Shown here piece by piece: positions 26,877 to 37,025 of a DNA stretch of 64,000 nt. Below the pieces are notes generated by a model. That model saw nothing but the letters and a program-made list of their open reading frames with translations. It was not told the DNA's origin and did not search any database. Origin of the DNA: Dimorphilus gyrociliatus. Taxonomy: Eukaryota; Animalia; Annelida. Within the stretch, counting starts at the first letter, position 1; every line of letters begins with the position of its first letter. The DNA is taken from positions 124,001-188,000 of the forward strand of contig CAJFCJ010000019.1 of NCBI GenBank assembly GCA_904063045.1, given 5' to 3'. The position numbers were made by a program, and so were the translations under genes.

Positions 26877-29800
26877 ATGGCGCCCGGAACTGCCGTTGAG
26901 ATGTCGTTAAATGAGCTCCAGCAGATGGCTGATAGGCAGGAACAACAAATACAAACTCAACAGCAAATGCTTGTTGCCAAAGAACAAAGACTAAAATACT
27001 TGAGACAACAGGTCAGGAATTGTTTTCAATGCAAATTCAATGAAACACTTTCAGTTCACGCCTGAACTTGCAAAAATGTTACTTTCATCAAGTAAACGAA
27101 CCTTTAAATTCCTCGTGTTGCGTCACACTATTGCGTATGATATTAAAACAGATTACACACAATATAGCTCTTCATATGTGCACGTGTCTTCTTTCTTAGA
27201 TAACTTGACACGCGCTGCTGTATAATTTCCAGAGATATTATCGCATAAAGAAAAAGCGATAGGCATATTCAACTAACGAATTGACTTATTGTTACAGGAA
27301 TACCTTCAAAGAAAGCACCAAAACGAAGATACCGAAAGAAGAAAGCAATTAGAGCGTATAGAAATACAAGAACAGAAGTTAAGCAGGATTCAGGGTTTGA
27401 AAGGAGAACATCTCCAGCGAATAGCAACAAACGATAAATTACGTAAGTAATCAAGAATACGCGTACTCCCAATATTAGCATAAATTAGCTATAATAATAC
27501 GAGCTTAGATCATCTAAAATGAGTAGTGAAACCTTTCTAAAGTATTTTTTCAACTGCTGTAATTCTCGCATCTCTTACTTGCGTTGTTTTTCATCTACAT
27601 TTCGTTAATTAGCAGCTTAGTTGCATGTTAATTATACCCAAACAAACGCAAACATTGTTTATATATCGTCTGTTTTAACATCTGTGGAGTATTGTAATTT
27701 ATGCACAGCGTGCTAGACTTTTTCAGTATAATGGTAAACTGTCGGTGACTTTTTATTTAAAAAGAGCTGCTGATTGTTATCATCTTTGTAAAATGAACTA
27801 TATAAAAGTTTTTTTTCGACTCTCAGCTATTTAAATTAATCCTATTTATATGTTATTCCTTTTAAAAAATGCTTTGTTATTGACATTGCACATCTATTTT
27901 TAGGTGAAGAATTAGAAAGGATGAAATCTATTTTTTCTGCTAAAGAAAAAGAATTGATGGCAGCCGTGGCAAAAGTAGAAGAGATGAGTAAACAGCTTGA
28001 ACAAATACGAAGTCATAACGCTAATGAATATTCATCGGAAATTGAAAAACTAAAACGGGAATTGCATGTAAGTATTCTTCAAGTATCTTCTTGTAGGTCT
28101 TTCCTTGTAACAATTTCCTTTTGTTTTTTTTTTCTCTTTGTATATTGTTCAGTCAGAAATATTCTTGATAGTGTGCTATAACTTCATAAGTCATTTAAAA
28201 AAATGTTGCGAGATTGATAATTTCGGTTTTTTTTTTATAAGTTCGTGCTTCAAAAGTTGTCAAAATCCTATGAAAATAAGTTCTTGTAATAAAGATAATC
28301 GGACGTTGACTTGGTGGCGCTGCCACCATGAAACGTTTGTAGTTATAGACGCATATGACGCCCGGCGTTCGTCTAAGTAACAAATCAAACAATTTATCCG
28401 ATGAGTTTGTTAGGTTTATTCTCTAATGTTGAACATATGGCGTGAATGTTTCTCATGGTGTAAAAAGCTCTGGTGTTCTTAGTGCATATTTACTAAAAAG
28501 GAGTGGATTTGGAAAGTTAACAATTTACTTTTCCTGATATAACTTGAAACAAACATTTACTTTCAAGTCTTTGTAAAGTAAACTAGATTGGATGAGATAA
28601 AGAGAATTTTGTAGCTTTATCCTTTTTTGTTATACTTTGCAAAAAGGAAAGAAAATGGGCTGTAATTCTTCGCAATTACGAGATAAGGTATAAAGTTTCG
28701 TTAAAGAAAGTGTTATAGAAGTATTATTTACGAAAGAGTGCCGTATTCCTGCTATATATGTGAATATATGAAAATGATTTATAACCCGTTAAATTTTCTT
28801 TATGAATTGTATTGGTTCATCGCCTTTCTATTTATTCACAGTTACAAAATAGTTTCTTCTATTTTTAGCGTCTTTTCTTGAATAACATAGCCTTTTATGT
28901 TTACCCAACCTTTTTGTAATCGATGACATTTGTTTAATGGACCATGAGTTGAGAATTTTCTATTTGTACCTCTATAATCTCTTGAAAATTAAATTTAATG
29001 GTTGTGTCATTTTACGACAGTTACGGAACAAACTAAATGAACAAAATAATGCTAAATTAGCCTGCAAACGCAATGAGCTGTCTACTAAGAAGAACGAAAT
29101 GGCTTTTCTAGACCAAAGAATAGAAGAAATGCAGGTAGTTTCAATTTTTTTACTGAAATTACTATATTTACAAAGGATTAATGTGTTTCCACGAATAGGA
29201 GAGATTAAAGAAAAAAAAGGTAGCACAAAATCAAAGGACGAAAGAGCGAGTGAAAAGTCAAACAAACATTGCAGCAGTGGAACCTATTATGAAAAAGATT
29301 GAAAATAACACCAATTTAATTAAAGGCGATGAGAAACATAGTATTCGTCCTACAAAAGTAAAGTCATCATCAACATCGTCTACAATAACAATGTCTAATC
29401 TTAAAACTGACACACCACCTACCGGCCAACAAAGAATGACAAAAACAAGCGTTTCATCTCTGCCACTGACCAATGAAACAGAAAAAAAACATAACGGGTT
29501 TTCACCTAATTCTTCCGCGTATGTGCCAAAGCCATATGCTGGGAAACTTCCACAAAATTCGCCACCACATGCTCTTCAACCGTCTCCAGATTTTGCATCG
29601 CCTAAAACATCTACACCTATAAGCAATGGTAGAATTCCAAAACAACCTCCTCCGACTGCTCCTCGACTTAGGGTGAATCGGGACCGTGAGTTAATTACTG
29701 CAACTAATCAACCCTCCAATAGTGAAACTGCTACGACTGGAAAATTGCTTAGCGACTCAGTCGAACCTCATGGTAGAGACCCGCCATCGCCTGCCTCGAG

Positions 29801-31226
29801 CGGCGCCAGCCAAACTTCAAATCACTCAAATGGCCATGGTAGTCAAACCAGCAATCAAACAAGCTCGTCTGGTTATGTTTCCGAGAGTAAAATTGAAAAA
29901 GATGTAACTTTAACAAATGCGTTGGATGTCCTTAAACAAGCACCGATGACTTCTTCAATCAGTTCTAATAGAAATCGTTTTGCTCCAAGGTCTGTCATAG
30001 CTAATGCCTATATGAACAAGTTGACAGCTTCTACTGCAGCTAATTACAAACAAAACACAGAACGGTTATACAGTGATTTTTATACCATGTTAAAGGAGAA
30101 AAAGTCAGAAAATAGTTCCGAAAGTGAAGAGATTAATGTCTCTGCTCACCTAAATGAGGAGCCAGTGGCTTCTGCTAAATCTGATAATGATACCTCACCC
30201 CAAGAACAATTAGACGGAAATTATAAAGCTACTCGTCGAAGAACGTCCTCGGGGACAGTTTCTCCTAGTGAATGTGAAGAACCTAACGAAGGTGAACCGG
30301 AAATGATAGTCAGCAACTCAAATTTGAGACGTAGACGAAGAGGAAATTTAAAAAGTATTAGAGGATTCGGTACAAAGTCTCGTCGTGTGTCTTTTGATCC
30401 TTTAGCACTTCTTCTCGATGCTTCTTTAGAAGGCGAACTAGAGTTGGTAATGCGATCGGCGAAGGAAGTCCCTGACGTGTCAGCTCCAAACGATGAAGGA
30501 ATAACGGCTCTACACAATGCTATTTGTGCTGGTCATTTAGAAATTGTCGAATTTCTTGTTAAATTTGGAGCTAACGTTAATGCTCCTGATAGTGACGGTT
30601 GGACACCTCTTCATTGTGCTGCTAGCTGTAACAATTTACCGATTGTAAAATTTCTGGTCGAAAACGGGGCTTGTGTATTTGCCACAACGGTTAGTGACCA
30701 AGAAACAGCAGCTGATAAATGTGAACAAGAGGAAGATAACTTTGACGGTTGCAGTAAATATTTATATGGTTGGTATTGAATTTCGTGCTGTCGCCTAAAA
30801 AAACTATTTTTATTTTCCTTTCAAAGATTTACAGGAAAAACTTGGAATAATTAATAACGGTGAGGTTTTTGCTGCTTTTGATTACGATGCTCAGCATGAA
30901 GATGAACTTGATATGAAAGAAGACCAAAAACTAATTGTGATAAGAAAAGGTGATGATCAGGAAAAAGACTGGTGGTGGGTTAAAGATGGCAATAAAAAAG
31001 GATATGTACCTAGGAATTTATTAGCTGTAAGTATTACTATACATTTACTCCTTGTAAAAGGAATTTGTAATTATAACTGATTTATTATCAACCATAGTTA
31101 CATTGCCGTCCCGAACCAAATCGCGAGGCTGGACCTCCTTTTTTATTAGCGTCTTCTGCCCTGCCTGAATATAGGGGCTCACCAACAACTATAGATATTG
31201 GTGACGAAGGTTTATCGAGATGTTGA
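26877..31226 (+). CDS. TP53BP2: ASPP-family protein (apoptosis-stimulating of p53 / PP1 regulator): coiled coil, Pro-rich region, ankyrin repeats, SH3
   Basis: [98 protein letters not shown]3 [23 protein letters not shown]. Exons approx. 26877-27011, 27298-27443, 27904-28067, 29020-29134, 29199-30769, 30827-31026, 31098-31226. It is equally an ortholog of PPP1R13B. Confidence 0.93.
28655..28687 (+). CDS. Candidate internal alternative first exon of ASPP encoding [11 protein letters not shown] (N-myristoylation/palmitoylation signal)
   Basis: aaaATGGGCTGTAATTCTTCGCAATTACGAGATAAG|gtataa. Phase 0, in frame with the next ASPP exon (acceptor near 29019, LRNKLNEQ). Confidence 0.55.
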
Positions 31227-32311
31227 AATCGTTTTTATTGTGAATGCTATAGGAAACTATTGTGTTCAAGATTTAAAGAAGAATAATTTTACATTTGAAT
31301 ATTCTGCAGCGTATTTATATTCGGATATACATTTACATGCGTGCTAGCAACGAATTTGCACAGTTTAATATGTAAGTGTATACTTACTATATACATTATT
31401 TTAATGTATATATGTAAATAAATATAACATACATATCTGCGTTTCTCAAACTGTGAACAAAAATCGTCAACAAAGGTGCTTTGTACAATTTTTTGTTTTA
31501 AAAATATTTTGTCGTTTGATACGAATTATTAAAAGAAAGAGTTATTTCATTATCTTCTGAGACAAATTTATTGAAAATTATGTTTGTTGATTTTATTCCA
31601 ATGTTTAATACGTCTTGTCCCATGTATTTAGTTTGTACGAAAGAAAGCGTTACATGTGTTTCTATTTGCTAATAAATGCACTGCAATTAATCTATTTGAT
31701 AAGTATATATTAAATTATCATTTCCCCGAACAAAGTTATTTGTTTTTCTTATTTGGCTTTTTAATGTTTACAAACGAAATAAGAAATAAGAATAAATAGA
31801 GAAAGTTGAGTATAAATTTGTGGTTTATGTCTCTAGTATTCCTGTATTATCGTTAGACGTATTTAGAAATGGAAATCTGAGAATATTTTTCACTAAGAGT
31901 ACTTAATAAAGAAAAAAGAGAAAGTTGATCTATGACATATATATATTTAAAAAACAGCGGCTTTAGTCAACTTTAGCAAATCTTATTACATTTAGAACTT
32001 CCTAAAAATCAATTCTCTCTTTTATCTTTTATTAGAACGAATATCAGAATAGAATGTATATATATATATGTTGAATCATCAGAAATTCGCCATTTTCTTC
32101 GATAACAAATATTTATCACAACGATTTCTAGTTATTGCGTTATCCCTTGTATCTAAGGGCTGCAGGAAACTAAGTTAAACTGGTTTCAGGATCAGGTGAT
32201 ATTCTATTTTCTTTTATAACCTTAGTCTTTTATATTACAATGTCTCTTAATTTTTAATTAATAGATTGCAAGTAAATTAGTCTTTAATATTAGAGTCACA
32301 CTGATACGAGT

Positions 32312-32798
32312 ATGAGTACTAAGACTGTACAAATTTTTGTTTTATTTTGGTAAGTGAACGATAATGCAGTGATTTTGTGAAATATTCATCCATATTTCTA
32401 TTTTACAGCGGAGTATGAGGTTATCGCCCGAAGTATGAAAGACTTCGGGCGGATATATTAACTACCTTTTCTGCTGATGAACTGGAATTTGTTAGTTAAT
32501 GATACTTAATGAAATATTTTTTTTGAAATTTTTAATTATTCTTAATTGTTTAGTCTTGCGAAGAAACACAAGAAAAGACAGGCTTTTTAGAAGTATCCGT
32601 TAACGGAGTTCTTGTGCATTCGAGGAAGGTCATAATTAATTTACTAATTTTTTAATAATAGCAAAATACAAATTAGTAACAATCTTAAGATAATTTTACA
32701 AAAACGTGTCTTCATCATAGGGAGGCGATGGCTACATAGATTCGGAACAAAAAATGCAAAAAATCTTAAAAGCCATAAGAGAAGCACAGACTCAATAA
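32312..32798 (+). CDS. SELENOW: Selenoprotein W, 4 coding exons (32312-32349, 32409-32490, 32554-32628, 32721-32798), 90 aa with Sec16 (TGA 32416-32418)
   Basis: Spliced product MSTKTVQIFVLFCGVUGYRPKYERLRADILTTFSADELEFSCEETQEKTGFLEVSVNGVLVHSRKGGDGYIDSEQKMQKILKAIREAQTQ*. It has the CxxU redox motif plus the SelW/Rdx hallmarks GY.PKY, TGFLEV.VNG.LVHS.K.GDGYID. All introns are GT-AG and the phases are consistent (273 nt). Confidence 0.95.
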
Positions 32799-32921
32799 AC
32801 TTTACTACTTTTCTAACCGAAAGTGAAAGGTACGAAAAAGTATTTCGTTATTGTTGTAAAAACCTATCCATAACAATTGAGTTGTTTTTTTAAATAACAG
32901 GTTTCTGAAAGATCAGTTTAT

Positions 32922-32993
32922 TGGACGACTATTTATGATGGCTAGAATCTAAATCTTGTTGGTTATAGCGTGATGTTTCTACTTGTTGGTCCA
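32922..32993 (+). promoter_or_regulatory. SECIS element in the SELENOW 3'UTR
   Basis: 5' AUGAU (32935-32939) and 3' UGAU (32971-32974) core. Helix II GGCUAGAAUC/GGUUAUAGCG, apical loop with AAA (32951-32953), lower helix UGGACGAC/GUUGGUCCA. It sits in an exon after a 3'UTR intron at 32830-32900. Confidence 0.85.
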
Positions 32994-33246
32994 TTAAATT
33001 GTGCTTTTACTCCTTTTATCGTTTCGGACATATATTTTATTATTTTCGTTTAAATATGCTATATACTGTTAATTGAAATATCAGCTCTGCTAGTTATCTT
33101 TCTAACCGCTTATCCTAATCATAAATAAAAAATACTTCGAAAACACTTGAAAAATGTCCTAATTTCGATAAGCAAGCAAATGTTATCATCATGTATTGGA
33201 ACCAACTGTTTCTTCGCATAAAAAAGATACTTTCACCCCTTGCATC

Positions 33247-33277
<31 letters not shown>

Positions 33278-33371
33278 TATATATAAGAAACTTAGTATTG
33301 GGATGAATTGAACGTTATTTCTTAAGTATTTATTCAATATAATAACACAGGGTAACACATCGTTGATAATC

Positions 33372-33456
33372 ATGTTGGCTATAACGTTCTTTGCTCTTAT
33401 TGTGTCTGCATCGGCGTTTAGAGAATTGAATGGGTAAGAGAGTATTTTCTTTATAA

Positions 33457-33495
<39 letters not shown>

Positions 33496-34549
33496 TCTCC
33501 AGGCTTTTATATGTAGTTGAATAAAAGTTGCAACACCTGGTAGCCTCTTTTATTCCCTGGATTACGTTGTAATTTTTTCCTAATATATAGACCGATTGTA
33601 TCTAAATTTTGGGATATGATGAACAAAGATCCGAATGGAGATGTATCTGATGATCAAATAACGGAATTCTTCAAGAGATACGAAAGACAAGGTTGTGTCC
33701 TATTTTGTTTTGTATTTTTAAGCTCTTTCTATTTTCGTCTTCTAAATCTTTTCCTAGAACCTAGTCAATACGAATTAGAGGTTGATGAACAAGATTTTAC
33801 ATCGGGAACCAATAATTGGATGAGTGAGTGAAGGAAGTTTCCTTATTATTCTTTATAATTCTGTTTTTCTTCTCCCTAAATAGACGATTTTGAAGTAAAT
33901 GACGAAGTTACCAGAGCTTATTTCCGAGTTTTGAGTTTGGATGCTGCAACGGAATTGTTGATTACTGAACGTGATACTAACATTATTGCAGCTTGGTGCG
34001 ACGAAGAGGGTCGCGGACTCGTTAACGAAGCAGAATGGAAAACAAACTTTCCCGGCGTATGTTGATATTCGCCTTATAAGATAGACAGATAGGCACTTAG
34101 AATATTTTCTTTATTAATAATACTTAACTAAATCCCGTTTAGCTTCTACGAGCTATTTCTTGGGGTGTTATGTTCGTGCGCTACGACGCGAATAAAGACG
34201 AAAAAATCGATAGAGACGAATTCAATACGATTTTTAGAGCTTGGGATTCGAATGGCGATGGTTCAGTTACATTAGACGAATTTACAACCTTCTGGACAAC
34301 TGGTTCTTACGGATCGCAAACTGAAGCCGAAAAAGTACATGGCGCTCTAGATTTTAACAGTGATGGTGTTATAAATCAGGATGATGTTGATACTTTGTAT
34401 TCGCTTATTGACTCGAATTCAGATAATTTATTAGAGTTCGATGAATGGACTACGGTAAAGTGATTTGTTGTAAAAAGGGAAAGAGCATTACAGCAAGTGT
34501 TTATTTATCCATTTTTCAGATCGATATAATTGTTGACGGTTTACCTTGA
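33372..34549 (+). CDS. Secreted multi-EF-hand calcium-binding protein, 6 exons, 247 aa
   Basis: Signal peptide MLAITFFALIVSASA. EF loops DANKDEKIDRDE, DSNGDGSVTLDE, DFNSDGVINQDD, DSNSDNLLEFDE, plus degenerate N-terminal loops. Exons 33372-33433, 33591-33691, 33758-33823, 33884-34056, 34143-34454, 34520-34549 (744 nt, in frame). Confidence 0.85.
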
Positions 34550-34581
34550 AGTGTTTTCCTTGTCAAGTATTCTACGACCGA

Positions 34582-36473
34582 TCAATAAACGAAACGATTC
34601 GTAAAGCTCCAAATCTCTTCGGCTACCGTCAAGCATTTTTGCACTTGCGGTATCTGTGCACCTTTCATAAATTGACCGGCACTTGTTACCTGTATTGCGC
34701 ATCTTTCAATAACAGGCCAATGACCGATTTTCAGTCGTAGTTTTAAGTAACCCCACGAATACGATTTAATTTCCATATGCCAAATACCGTATTTCTCATC
34801 TGGCGACCCAGCAGGACAGGAGTCTAATAATAGAAAGGGTTGCTTCAAGTTCATTATAACACATCTATCGCCATGCATCAACAATCCATTTGACTTAAGG
34901 ATAAATTGATTATTAGGATCGATCTGATAGTAGAAACATTCACGAAGTCTTACATATTTATCGAACACACTCCAGCACATTGTGCTTTTCTGACTTTTAA
35001 TCTCACCAATGTGTAAAACATGAGAATCCGGAATCGGAAGTTGTGGAAAAACATATTTAAGAAACCAATCGAATGGCCTACAGTTCAATTTGTTCCGTAA
35101 ATCGAAACGTTTTCTAATAGTCTCTTTATAATAGCTATCCTTCTCTATTGTATAGTTATAGAATGATACGGAAGCGTAATAAAATTTGGCGAATCTATCC
35201 AACCATACGTCGGCTACTCTATGTAAATTAGTTTGCCATCTAACTTGAAATTGGGAATCTTTATAGGGAACATTACGAAATAAATGTCCAATCCTAGAAC
35301 AAGGAACAATCATCGCTCCTCCTCCACATAGCCAAGTTCGAAAAGATAAGTCGATGTTCTCTCCACCCCAAATGCTCATTCCGGAATCAAAAGAACCAAT
35401 CTTAAAAAAATAATCCTTTCGAACAATAATAGCACAACCGACTAGAACAGGTGTTTCGAAAGCTTGAGCACTACTAAACACAAAGTTTTCGAGGTATTCG
35501 GGTGTCCTTAACCATACGTATCTGAATAAGAGTTTGCTTTTTTAATGGGAATTAAATTCATTAAAGGATAATAATACATTTAAAAATTTTAGCACGTTCA
35601 ATAAATATGCAACGTTTTTCCGTCAATCCTTTTTTTAAACCTTAAACTAACTAGAAAAACTGACTATATACGATACGCCTATTAGCAACTGAAATACCTT
35701 AAATCCCAGGTAAAGGCCCCTTTAAACACGCGTCTAGCATTCGTATATTGCATTGTATCGGAGTCGATAGAATCTATAAACGGCTGCAGGACTAGTTGAT
35801 GATTTGACTGAAGTATATCCAAATGAGGTTCTATCCACCCAACATTCACCTCCGTATGGGCATCCAGAAAGGCGAGAATTTTGCCTCTGGCCATCGTTGC
35901 CCCCTTTAACCTAGCCTTTATCAATCCGAGTCGTTGTGTAGAAATTTGTAATAATTTGACGAGAGTTCGCCTCTGGCCAAGTCTTTGTAATTCCTCCTCT
36001 AAATTTTTAAATAAGCCTATATGCGAACTTTTATCATCTATCAAAATGATTTCTTTCAAGAACCGATCGGGTGTTCGATTTAGAATACTATAGATTGTTC
36101 TTACTAATGTTGACACGGCTTCGTTATAAAAAGGTATTATTATTGATACTGTTATATTATCGTCCATGATCCTATAAGTGCGATTTCGGCAAATTTGCGG
36201 TCGTGTATCTATTATTCTTCTATTCAAGGGCAACAAGTCTCCAGCAGTTAAATTATACCCGTATTCTTGCTCCTTTATTGACCGATCCCTTGTGTGGAAG
36301 ACATATCGTTTATGGTACGAAACAGTTTCCCTGGGAGAAGTTATTGTTGAAATATCTTTGTCATTCAACTTTGGTTGCTTGCCATTTAATAAAAATATTG
36401 TTAAAATATAATAAATTAAAATAAGAGATATTATTGAATATGCTCTCCACTTCCATTTTCGTCGTCCTGTCAT
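34582..36473 (-). CDS. GALNT: Polypeptide N-acetylgalactosaminyltransferase (GT27), 2 exons (36473-35698, 35521-34582)
   Basis: Type II membrane anchor; SIIIPFYNEA; EIILIDDKS; GLIKARL.GA; FLDAHTE (DxH); FTWDLR; WGGENIDLSFRTWLCGG; PCSRIGHLFR; C-terminal ricin-type lectin region. Paralog number cannot be assigned. Confidence 0.93.
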
Positions 36474-37025
36474 ATTCTTAGATTTCCTTTTATGATTGCA
36501 ATCATGAATTTCGATTTAAAGTGTCCATTCCGAAATAAATCTTTTCTTGCTTCGTCGAGCGATCGGCCTAGAATGAATTATTCAGTTCTCAATAACGCGA
36601 ATACAGCGCGCCTTTCTAGAGAAATTACGGCCGAAAGAACGCATTCTGATAGCGAAACCAGTTCTACTTCTTTGTACACAAACTATGAGACCCTTTTATT
36701 AAAAGTTTACCCCGTATTTTCTTTCCCATAATTGGCGAAACATTGGTAATTTTAGAACTTCACAGGGCCTACTCTACGTCCCTCTTTCTTTCACTTGTTC
36801 ACACTATATGTCTACTACAATCACTGTTAAGTCTCCCATTCACAAAACTTTACAAGGAAAACAACACAAACGCCATCTATTGATGAGTTCTTCCTTTTTT
36901 TTTGATTTATCAGAATTAGATGATAATAATTTTGATAATATTTGATTATTTGCCCTTTGGTTTTTTGTCAGGTATATGATTATATATTCAGACGATTCAG
37001 TCCAACTGTGTGCACACAAAGGACA

